Positions 5,265 through 13,560 of a stretch of 38,329 nucleotides of DNA are shown here, piece after piece. The stretch lies in UHGV virus genome UHGV-1488451; one strand, given 5' to 3'. Under the pieces are notes generated by a model, which saw nothing but the letters and a program-made list of their open reading frames with translations, did no database searches and had not been told where the DNA came from. This stretch comes from a virus. Each line of letters begins with the position of its first letter. Position 1 is the stretch's first letter. The position numbers and the translations under genes were made by a program.

Positions 5265-6743
5265 TTATTTTCCCTTCATGGTTTGGATTTGCTGTTGAAT
5301 GTTGGCGATGTCGCGCCGGGCGGCGGCGACACCATCCACGAGGGTGAGGTTTTCACCCTTCGAGTTCTGGCCCAACTGCGGCCAGGGGCCAAGCTGACCG
5401 CTGATGTATTCCACTTGTTGGATTAGTCGGTCAAGCTTTTTGTTGGTTTCCTGCGCCGCGACTTTGGCGTCGTTCAGCGCGGCGACTTGCTCATGTCCGA
5501 ATAGGGACACTGGTCCTCCTTTGATTTGGATGTTTGGGTTTGCGGGTGCGGTCGAGTAGGCGTAGCCCTTCGGCAGTATCAGCGAGGCCAGCTGGTCAAG
5601 GCTGATCCAGTAGCCGTATGGGCTGAACCATGAATCCGCTATCCACACGGCACGCCCCTGGTCACCGTCTCGATATCCCATTGCGGCAATGTAGTGGTAC
5701 ACCACGCCCCCGCCATAGGCTGGGGAGACGGAGCCGTACACGCCGCGCGGGTAGTTCGACGGTGGAGCAACGATGTTGCAGATGACACCATGACCAGCTT
5801 TGACTGAGGTTTTGATGTCGTTCCACAGGCGTTCCTGCTGGTCCGCCGTTGGTGGGTCATTAGGCATCTCTACTGACTGGTATTCAGCCCCTGGGATGTG
5901 TTTGTTCAGCACCTTCGGGAAGAACCCAATCCAGTCTGTGCCGTTGACTGTGGTGCCCAGCTCCACAGCGAAATCGCCTTCCGGCTTGAGAACACCGGTG
6001 GCGGCGAACACCACAGTCTGGGTGGATGCGGGCCCGCAATTGTAGTAGGTGTCCTGTACCACGGCCTCACGGCTGTAGGGGATTTCTACTTCTTCACCAG
6101 CCTGGTTGACCAGGGTTTCACCCGCGCCGCCGCCGGTTGAACCTTCAGGAAGCAGTGACTCCCCCAAGGTCAGGCAGAAGTCGAAGCGGCGTTGCCGGTC
6201 GTCGATTCCGTTGGTTCCTCCATTGATCGCGCGGGTTGCGGCTTTGAATCCTTCGTACCGCTGCCAGCCCTCTAGGTTCGGGTCTGCTGCCTGGTCAGCA
6301 AATTCATTGAGCAGTGGCCGAGCCACCACCCAGTACCAAGCAGCAGCCATGAATCCCCACTTCGGGGTGGCCACCAAATCCGGGTCATTCACAAACAGGT
6401 TCGGGTCGCTGGTGATTCCACGATCATGGCACCATCGACCGAACGACCCGTAGTTGTTCCGTCCCGTGAGCTGTATGGGGCCGCGACCATGGAAACGTGC
6501 ACCATCACCAGGGTAGACGTTGCCGAGATCGCCACGGCCCTCATAGTTGCTGGTGAAGTAGTCATACCCGCCAAGTTCCTGCATGAATTGCAGGCCCACG
6601 GACTCATGTCCGATCTGCGCGCACCACATTGCTGCGCGCGCCACGGTCGTGATGTCCGCGAACTTCATGGCTTCATTCATGGGTTGCACAAACGCCGAAT
6701 CGACGTTGGAACCCATTGCTCGGTTAAGTGTTCCTAGGTCCAT
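5265..6743 (-). CDS. Multidomain endolysin: N-terminal GH19 (chitinase-like) muramidase plus papain/C39-like cysteine peptidase plus C-terminal tail
   Basis: GH19 motifs are QIGHESVGL and FHGRGPIQLTGRNNY. The peptidase motifs are YYNCGPAS and a later YHYIAAMGY His region. ATG 6743 follows aaaggag; the track GTG at 6749 is too close to the SD. Confidence 0.88.
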   Translation of the reverse strand: MDLGTLNRAMGSNVDSAFVQPMNEAMKFADITTVARAAMWCAQIGHESVGLQFMQELGGYDYFTSNYEGRGDLGNVYPGDGARFHGRGPIQLTGRNNYGSFGRWCHDRGITSDPNLFVNDPDLVATPKWGFMAAAWYWVVARPLLNEFADQAADPNLEGWQRYEGFKAATRAINGGTNGIDDRQRRFDFCLTLGESLLPEGSTGGGAGETLVNQAGEEVEIPYSREAVVQDTYYNCGPASTQTVVFAATGVLKPEGDFAVELGTTVNGTDWIGFFPKVLNKHIPGAEYQSVEMPNDPPTADQQERLWNDIKTSVKAGHGVICNIVAPPSNYPRGVYGSVSPAYGGGVVYHYIAAMGYRDGDQGRAVWIADSWFSPYGYWISLDQLASLILPKGYAYSTAPANPNIQIKGGPVSLFGHEQVAALNDAKVAAQETNKKLDRLIQQVEYISGQLGPWPQLGQNSKGENLTLVDGVAAARRDIANIQQQIQTMKGK

Positions 6744-6772
6744 ATTCACTCCTTTCGCTGTTGTTTGTGCTC

Positions 6773-9760
6773 CTACCCGTATTCGATGGGGAGGATGTAG
6801 TTTCCTTCACGACGCACCCATGCGATGGTTTCGCGCAGTACATCGGGGTCCGGTGCGTTGTCCCACGGGTTGTTCCATTCGGATTCACTACCCAGCTCAC
6901 CGGTGAATGTGTCAGTGGTGAGCCAGATTTGCCCAACGTTCGATACGCTGGCACGCTTGAGTACTTGTTTGGCCTGCTCAACATCGTTTACGTTGTGTAC
7001 CGCGTGCCAGAACCTCAGCGGGTTATGCCCTCTGTAGTGCCCAGGACAAATAGTCTCGTCGTCAATGTAGCGTTGCGCGGATTGTTCGAAAGCCATGAGC
7101 GTATCCGCCGCACCCAGCATGCCCTCAACAGTGTTGCCGCCCGGGTTCGCTGTGATGTAGAAGGCGCTTCCGTACTTTTTGCGGAGTTCCTGGTACAGCG
7201 TTACATAGCCTTGCACTTTGTTTGCCTGGTCGCCCCAGCCATTGACAGCCTCATCAAGGAACACACCGTGAATACGGTGACGCCCGTACCAGTCTATGAA
7301 CTGGTCGATCTCCTTGATGATCTCGGAGTGGCTGCGACCGCCCCACTGGGTGAGCACGTAGGCGATGTTGACCATGCCGAGCGCCGCAGTGGTGGTTAGC
7401 GTCAACTCGTAGTCGTTCTCTTTCTTCGTGCCCACACCACTATGAGGGTTGGCGATGAACGGCCCTGCGATCTGCGGATTGTGAAGGTAGTTGGCGGTGA
7501 CGTCGCGCGCGTGCTCAACCGCCTCCCAATATTTAGGCCAAGAATAGGTGACCGGCGCAAGCCTGCGTGCCCCACGCGTCCACAACTGGAATGGGTGAAT
7601 ATGCAAACCAGGGGTAGGCCCCTCGCGGGTTTCCAACGCTTTCAACAAAGGCGAAGCCTCACTAGCCGCCGGAGCAGGCGCGGGCGCGGGAGGAAGTTTC
7701 TTCAACCGCTCATCAACAACCTCACCAGCCAAAACCCGAACACGCTCCTCATCAGGCTTATCAAGAAGCTTCTTCCACTCCTCAATCGTGATGATCATAT
7801 CCGGGCGCGCCGGGTTGAAATTCCCATTGAAGATGAAATCCTTCTTCACAGTGCCTTCCTGGGCGTTGTTACCAATGATGGTGTTGCCGCCAACCTGCTC
7901 CTTCTTCGTTCCCTTGCGCAACACAATCTTCACCATGTGCGCGCAGTCAGCCTTGGGGTTGTCCTGCGCGTAGCTGTTGCCAATGACGGTGCAGCCGATG
8001 GGGTCTTCCAGTGCGACGGCCGCCCAGTCTTTAGGGCCGTCTGCGGGTGGGCGTAGTTGGTTTTCAAGGCCCACGTTCCAGATGTCGTTGCCTTGGATTT
8101 TTGTGCCGTGCCCGGAGCAGGCGATGCCGTGGTTCCAGGTTTCGCCGATGGTGTTGGCCATGACCACGCTGTACCCGCCCACGCTGATTCCGTTGTCCTT
8201 GGACACGGGGAGCATGTTGCCGGTGATGTTCGTGCGGTAGCACTTGATGGTGAAGCCGATAGGCTCGAAAGCGATTGACTGGTTCTCGGCCATGACCACA
8301 CTGTTCCCAGACACGAGGGTGTCTTTCGGTGCGCCCTGAATCAATGTCTCAGGCCGCAAAGCCGGGTCGGTAGTATCACGCCCACCAATGCCCATGCCGC
8401 AGGATGCGCGGCGAATCTGGTTGCCAATGATCTGGTTGCGGTTCGACTCGTCTTTGATCATGATGCCGAACCCGGATGCACCCTCCTGCGCCGTGTTCTG
8501 CTTCAAACCGCTACCATCAGTCCAGCAGTTCAGAACCAGGGAATCGTTCGTTCCGTTGCCGGTTGGCTTCTCTTTCCGCACAAACCCCTGCAAAAGGAAC
8601 GCATTTGCGCCGGAGTTCATGACCCCGATCTGAACCATCTTCACGTAATCAGCGTTCGTGATCTGCAGCGCCGTGGCAGGCCGCTCACCCGTCACCCAGT
8701 CCATGTCGATAACAAACCCGGACATGTAGCCGCGCCGCAGATTGCCGCCACTGGTTGACTGCATGGCGTTCTTCCCGACGCCGCGTTTCATCTTCAACAC
8801 CGTGGCGTCACCCTGCCCCATCATGACCTTGCCGGAAAGCTTGTCGAGGTTAATCGTGTTCGACAACCCCCACTCACCAGCAGGCAACTGGATTACCTTC
8901 TTCGACGCGTCGTTAATGGCTGCCTGCAAAGCAGTGGTGATGTCAGTGCCCTCGGCTGGTTTGACGTTGATGACACCAGCATCACCTGCGGCTGTGACGA
9001 TTTCCTTGATCTGGGTTTCCACCAGCTTCGTAACAGCCTTGTTGACTTCCTCGGAGATCTTGTTTCCAACTGCCTGCTGGATAGCCTCAGGTGTGGGGGC
9101 CGCGCCACCGCCGCCTTGCGGGTGTTGCCGGAAGTATTCTTCCACGGCCTTGCCGATTTTCTCCGGGTCAACGCCTTCGCCTGCGGGGAGCTTCCCGATT
9201 TGCCTAGTGATCTCGTCACGCACCAGGCCGCTGAGGTCGTTCATTGCCTGCTGCACAGCGTCCTGGGAGGCTGCGCTTGCGGCTTGTTTCGCCTGGTTGA
9301 CGGCTTCGCGTGCTTCGTCTCGTGCGGCGATGGTGTCTTTCTTCACCTGCTCAACCGTGCTTGCCGCCTGCTGTGCTTGGGTGACGGCTTCTTCGGCTTT
9401 GCGTTTGCTTTCCGACGCGGCGGTGGCTGCCTGCTGCGCTTCACCCACGACAGCGGGCGGGTACTCTGTTTGCGCGCCGATCAGGTTGGCTAGGTTCGCC
9501 TCACCTGATTCAGGCAGTGTCACAGTCCACGAGGTTCCATGCACAGTGCCGCCTTCAAGCGTCACTGTGACAGGCCCGGGGAACATGTCAGGGCTGCGGA
9601 AAACCCCACCGGTGCCTTCCATGTGGATTCGCCGCAGTTCCCGCGTGACCACCGTTCCACCCTCGACACGTTCACCCGATGACTGCAGCACCACATAGCA
9701 GTCAGGGCCGTCAAAAGGTTGCTTGGTGATGCTCTTCAAATCACCAGTCAAAATAGTCAT
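6773..9760 (-). CDS. Tail fibre/spike with coiled coil, pectate-lyase-like beta-helix and C-terminal spherulin-4 (GH135-like) domain
   Basis: The central region (VIQLPAGEWGLSNTINL...MGQGDATVLKM... with repeated G-N-x-I/V turns) resembles a right-handed beta-helix. The C-terminal part (FIANPHSGVG...VNIAYVLTQWGGRS...IDWYGRHRIHGVFLDE) fits the Spherulation-specific family 4 pattern. Start ATG 9760 follows taggaaggtgcta; the track ATG at 9781 abuts a terminator T-run and lacks an SD. Confidence 0.8.
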   Translation of the reverse strand: MTILTGDLKSITKQPFDGPDCYVVLQSSGERVEGGTVVTRELRRIHMEGTGGVFRSPDMFPGPVTVTLEGGTVHGTSWTVTLPESGEANLANLIGAQTEYPPAVVGEAQQAATAASESKRKAEEAVTQAQQAASTVEQVKKDTIAARDEAREAVNQAKQAASAASQDAVQQAMNDLSGLVRDEITRQIGKLPAGEGVDPEKIGKAVEEYFRQHPQGGGGAAPTPEAIQQAVGNKISEEVNKAVTKLVETQIKEIVTAAGDAGVINVKPAEGTDITTALQAAINDASKKVIQLPAGEWGLSNTINLDKLSGKVMMGQGDATVLKMKRGVGKNAMQSTSGGNLRRGYMSGFVIDMDWVTGERPATALQITNADYVKMVQIGVMNSGANAFLLQGFVRKEKPTGNGTNDSLVLNCWTDGSGLKQNTAQEGASGFGIMIKDESNRNQIIGNQIRRASCGMGIGGRDTTDPALRPETLIQGAPKDTLVSGNSVVMAENQSIAFEPIGFTIKCYRTNITGNMLPVSKDNGISVGGYSVVMANTIGETWNHGIACSGHGTKIQGNDIWNVGLENQLRPPADGPKDWAAVALEDPIGCTVIGNSYAQDNPKADCAHMVKIVLRKGTKKEQVGGNTIIGNNAQEGTVKKDFIFNGNFNPARPDMIITIEEWKKLLDKPDEERVRVLAGEVVDERLKKLPPAPAPAPAASEASPLLKALETREGPTPGLHIHPFQLWTRGARRLAPVTYSWPKYWEAVEHARDVTANYLHNPQIAGPFIANPHSGVGTKKENDYELTLTTTAALGMVNIAYVLTQWGGRSHSEIIKEIDQFIDWYGRHRIHGVFLDEAVNGWGDQANKVQGYVTLYQELRKKYGSAFYITANPGGNTVEGMLGAADTLMAFEQSAQRYIDDETICPGHYRGHNPLRFWHAVHNVNDVEQAKQVLKRASVSNVGQIWLTTDTFTGELGSESEWNNPWDNAPDPDVLRETIAWVRREGNYILPIEYG

Positions 9761-9781
9761 TAGCACCTTCCTAAAGCGCAT

Positions 9782-9816
9782 AAAAACAAGGCACCCAACT
9801 TGATTAGTGAGTGCCT
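9782..9816 (-). terminator. Hairpin plus T-run between the minor tail genes and the fibre gene
   Basis: The minus strand reads aggcac-(16 nt)-gtgcct tgttttta. The stems are at 9789-9794 and 9811-9816. Confidence 0.55.
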
Positions 9817-9842
9817 AAAATAATGAGTAGAAACAATGCGGG

Positions 9843-10568
9843 CTAGCGCGTACGCCCCGTAGCCGTTCCTTTGCCGCCGTCAATCTCCCTATTCAGGTGC
9901 CACACCATCAAGTGGTTTCTGTCAGCACCACCGTAGAACTCACGAGACAAAGATATATTGTGCGTGATAACTACCTGTACCGTGTAGCCAACATCAGGCA
10001 CAGCCACCACGGTGGACAAGATGGAATGGTCCTTCTCACGCGACGTGATGTAGCCACGCTTGACGTGCCACATTTCGCCGGTGCGAGTTTTCACTTCGAT
10101 CTGCCATTCCACCACATGGGAAGATGCGATAGCGATAAGGCCAGACACGCTAATCATGGCATCGATACGCCACACGCCTTTATCCATGAGTCGGATAGCA
10201 TGGGGAATGCGCTCAAACTCGACGCCGCGCGAACCCACAAGCATTTCGTCAAAAGGAAAAACACCATGAATACTCTTCTCCCCGCTGGACATGAACAGCG
10301 TGCCGGTCTCCTCCAGAGGGGATTTGAGTTCTTCGATGCGGCTTTGCAGCGCAGCCTGTCCATCGCGGTAGACTTGCGAAGCGCTAACAATTGGCTTGAA
10401 AATCGCCCCGCCGATGCCGCGTAGGGCGTCGCCGATGCCTTTGATGAGGCCGTTAAAACCCTGGGCTAGCAGGTTGCCCATGTCGCCGCCTGCGTGTTCC
10501 AGGGCTTTGCCCATTGTTTGTGGGGAGCCGTCCCATTTGGGTTGGTACTTGTCTGGCGAAATGCCCAT
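9843..10568 (-). CDS. Minor tail/baseplate-region protein (unknown function)
   Basis: 241-aa ORF in the tail module with a G-rich N-terminus and a beta-rich C-terminal half. I recognise no family. Confidence 0.7.
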   Translation of the reverse strand: MGISPDKYQPKWDGSPQTMGKALEHAGGDMGNLLAQGFNGLIKGIGDALRGIGGAIFKPIVSASQVYRDGQAALQSRIEELKSPLEETGTLFMSSGEKSIHGVFPFDEMLVGSRGVEFERIPHAIRLMDKGVWRIDAMISVSGLIAIASSHVVEWQIEVKTRTGEMWHVKRGYITSREKDHSILSTVVAVPDVGYTVQVVITHNISLSREFYGGADRNHLMVWHLNREIDGGKGTATGRTR

Positions 10569-10570
10569 GA

Positions 10571-11146
10571 CTATTCCTCGCTACCCTTTTCGTCACTGTT
10601 ATTTTTTTGCAGTTCCGCCAACAACAAAGCCCGCTGCTTCGCCGTCAACTTCGACACATCAATCGGAGCCGCAGCATCCTCCACAACCTGCACGGCACCT
10701 TGCCGCTCCTCCAAAGCACCAATCCAACGCCCATCCTCATTCGGGGAACCAACACCACCCAAAGCATCAAACTTGATCTGCGGCCCAACATGCACAGTCC
10801 ACGACCAAACCCCCTCAGGCAAAGTGCCCTTCATCAACCCAGTACGCGGGTCAAGCGACAACCCCGGAGGCAACACCGGACACCACACCGCAGCCAACGA
10901 ACCACCAGGAACCAACTCATCAACCTCACGCGAATCATCCCACCCACGCGAATACTCCACCGTAGTTGGCTCCTGATCATGCAACTTCACCCCCACAAGA
11001 TCAAACAAAAACCTGCACAAATCATTAATCAGATCAATGTCCATGTTGAACCCCAGGGGCTTAATCAACAAAGGCGCATACGGGTGCATGCCCTCAGGCA
11101 CCGGATAAGGCCACATGAAATCCAACTGCTTATTACCAGTAGACAC
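10571..11146 (-). CDS. Minor tail protein with putative Ig-like (He_PIG-type) segment
   Basis: 191 aa. The LPPGLSLDPRTGLMKGTLP motif is typical of putative Ig domains. The GTG start has the SD agaaggg. Confidence 0.7.
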   Translation of the reverse strand: MSTGNKQLDFMWPYPVPEGMHPYAPLLIKPLGFNMDIDLINDLCRFLFDLVGVKLHDQEPTTVEYSRGWDDSREVDELVPGGSLAAVWCPVLPPGLSLDPRTGLMKGTLPEGVWSWTVHVGPQIKFDALGGVGSPNEDGRWIGALEERQGAVQVVEDAAAPIDVSKLTAKQRALLLAELQKNNSDEKGSEE

Positions 11147-11158
11147 AACAAAACCCTT

Positions 11159-12757
11159 CTAAGGAATCAAAGTCTTAATACGATCAGTCGCCGCCGCCAA
11201 AGTCTTCAACGACCGCTCCAACGACCGTGCCGAAGACTCACGCAAACGCGGGTCACCCAACCCAATATCAACATCATCACCACCACGACCAGGCTTAATC
11301 GTCACCGACTGAACAAACGTCGCAAAGTTCACACCACGCGAACGAAACACCGCTTGATCACCCACACGATAATCACGCCCAAACAAATACGGGGAACCGT
11401 CACCAGCCTCAAAAGCCACCGACACTTTCCCCTGCGTCTCCTGCAAAGCGGTAAACGCTTGCTGCAGCGTCGACAAGCTGAAACCCTCACCAGGCTTCAC
11501 CAAACCCCGGTACCGGTATTTACCTAGCGCGTCCTCACGTGACCACGCCCGGAACTCCGACCAAGCGAACAGTTTGTCCTTCAAAGCGTTAGCTTGCAAC
11601 GTGCCCAGGAACGCGCCACCAGCAGCAGACAACGCGGCAAACGGGGGGAACAACGCCCCAATCGCCGCGCCGATACCCTGCCACAACGCCTGCGAACCAG
11701 CCGCAATGAGACTGTTCACAATCTGCGGGGACTTGCCCCCCACGATCACGGCACTATCAGTGGCCTTGCGTAGAACAACCTTCGACGACACGCCCCGCAT
11801 GTGGTCACCATCCCACACGCACCAGGCTTTAGGGTTGTCACCATTGAATGCGGTGTCGTCGATAACAATGGCCTTTGACACATTGTCACCAGCGATTTTC
11901 TCCTTCACGCCCCTGATGACGTCGCCAACCCCGCCGGTGGACGACGCAAAGTTCCTGGCCTTCACGTCAATCACAATGGTGGGGTTCTTTAACGTGGCAT
12001 GGTTCCTGAACGGCTGCGGGTCACCGGGTAGCCAGAGTTCAGCGACCAGTTGCAGCCCGGCCGCATCCAACGTTGCTTTGAACATGTCCCCAGCAATATT
12101 GAATCGACTGTCAAGCACAGTCCATTCGGTGTTTTCCGACTCGTGCACAGGGTTCACAATCAACGGCCACCACTCAGGCCGCAGGTCACGCCATGTTGAC
12201 GCTGACCATACATCCCAGTTCTTCAGCAACTGCGGCTGAAAATCCTTAGCCAGGTTGCGGAACAGGTAGTTTTTGATAACCCTGAGCGAATCACCAGCCT
12301 GCACATCCGACCATTTCAGCTGAGCCACAATCGGCGCGCCTGGTGATGCCCACAACGGCAAGTGATTAAACAGCTCCCACAAGCCTTCACCATGCACTGT
12401 GAACACGTCACCGTCAGAATCTGAGTTGATCTCCACCTCAACGACACGGTATGCGAAACGATAGTGCTTCGTTTCAACAACCACCCAAAGGGATTCATTC
12501 AACACACGGTTCAGGTCAGGGGTGTTGGTGTCCTCATCCGCGAACATCAACGTCCGCACCGCCGGGTGAGTGCCAGGCAAATCAATCTGCATCTTGCCCG
12601 GCGCGTTGCACTCGTCGCCAAACTGCGTGCCCTCGAGAAACCCAGACAGCGACACCAAAGGCTCCATGTTCTTATCGAACAGCCACACAGTGCGGCCACC
12701 GGAATCATGCACGCTTTTCTGCGACTTGCCCCAAAGCTCCCATGCGAAAGCCACCAA
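11159..12757 (-). CDS. Tail-tip protein (Tal / prophage-tail family, position-based)
   Basis: 532 aa, immediately after the Dit-like gene. The size and position are typical of a siphovirus Tal N-terminal structural module. Confidence 0.7.
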   Translation of the reverse strand: MVAFAWELWGKSQKSVHDSGGRTVWLFDKNMEPLVSLSGFLEGTQFGDECNAPGKMQIDLPGTHPAVRTLMFADEDTNTPDLNRVLNESLWVVVETKHYRFAYRVVEVEINSDSDGDVFTVHGEGLWELFNHLPLWASPGAPIVAQLKWSDVQAGDSLRVIKNYLFRNLAKDFQPQLLKNWDVWSASTWRDLRPEWWPLIVNPVHESENTEWTVLDSRFNIAGDMFKATLDAAGLQLVAELWLPGDPQPFRNHATLKNPTIVIDVKARNFASSTGGVGDVIRGVKEKIAGDNVSKAIVIDDTAFNGDNPKAWCVWDGDHMRGVSSKVVLRKATDSAVIVGGKSPQIVNSLIAAGSQALWQGIGAAIGALFPPFAALSAAGGAFLGTLQANALKDKLFAWSEFRAWSREDALGKYRYRGLVKPGEGFSLSTLQQAFTALQETQGKVSVAFEAGDGSPYLFGRDYRVGDQAVFRSRGVNFATFVQSVTIKPGRGGDDVDIGLGDPRLRESSARSLERSLKTLAAATDRIKTLIP

Positions 12758-12758
12758 A

Positions 12759-13544
12759 TCACCTCCACATCGACGTGAACAATGGGGTCACCATGCCGGT
12801 AGCCCCACCACCAAAAACCCACGTGGCCCTACCACCAGGGGGGATAGGCTGCGGAAACACACGCCCCCGCAACCTACGCCACAAATCCGGGGCGGGCTCA
12901 CCACCAACCGTGATCATTGAGGCTTTAGCCGGGTCAGTGTCCAACACCGCCACCCTGTTACCAGTGTGGGGCAATTCCACCTGCCCCACACCAGGGGCGG
13001 TCACCGTTGTAACCCCGTTGCCCTGCCACCTGACGCGCGGCCACAAAGGCAAATCACCAGGGTTATGAATCACAACCTCCCCAGTGTGGCGGGTAGTTTC
13101 ACCACGCCAACACCCCTCATAGCAGACAACAGGCACATCAACCGTGAACGACCGCAAACCCAACGTGGCGGGAGAAACCCCAGGGTCAGGCACACGGTCT
13201 TTCACCAACAACCTGCACGACAATGCTGTCTTACCGGGCACAACAACCCGCAAAACAGACTCATCAAACGGAGTCACATTCCGCACAAACAACCGCCACG
13301 ACTCCGCAAGCGGAGCATCCTCAGCATGGAAACCCAGTTTCAGGGTGCCCTCCATCTTGTCGATGCTCCACCCAATCGGCGTGGCACCCACCTGTGTTGT
13401 CGTTGCCCTGGTCTTCACGTCAACCTTCGCAGACAATTCAGGTGGCCCCATCAACCACATGCCCCTACGGCCATGCGCATACCGGGTGAGTGCCCACGTC
13501 ACCCCCGCACTATCGTCAAGTGAAACGTTGTACAGGGATTCCAT
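12759..13544 (-). CDS. Distal tail protein (Dit-like)
   Basis: About 261 aa, directly downstream of the tape measure. ATG 13544 has the SD aaggag 9 nt upstream. Confidence 0.7.
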   Translation of the reverse strand: MESLYNVSLDDSAGVTWALTRYAHGRRGMWLMGPPELSAKVDVKTRATTTQVGATPIGWSIDKMEGTLKLGFHAEDAPLAESWRLFVRNVTPFDESVLRVVVPGKTALSCRLLVKDRVPDPGVSPATLGLRSFTVDVPVVCYEGCWRGETTRHTGEVVIHNPGDLPLWPRVRWQGNGVTTVTAPGVGQVELPHTGNRVAVLDTDPAKASMITVGGEPAPDLWRRLRGRVFPQPIPPGGRATWVFGGGATGMVTPLFTSMWR

Positions 13545-13560
13545 GAACACTCACTCCTTG

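Noticed and set aside
6773-9760. Diversity-generating retroelement or invertible shufflon acting on the fibre gene
   Set aside because: No reverse transcriptase, template-repeat copy or site-specific invertase was found anywhere in the window. I saw no long inverted repeats flanking the fibre 3' end, although an exhaustive repeat search was not possible by eye.
10607-11527. Long plus-strand ORFs antisense to structural genes (this 306-aa ORF; also 13735-14649, 15844-16668, 17051-18106, 25288-26091, 27144-28157, 29763-30350, 31010-31792)
   Set aside because: Their translations are low-complexity (runs of R/H/Q/T/P or G/V/W) and lack SD sequences. They overlap well-supported minus-strand genes. 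The strong A+C or G+T skew removes stop codons from the antisense frames, so they are shadow ORFs.
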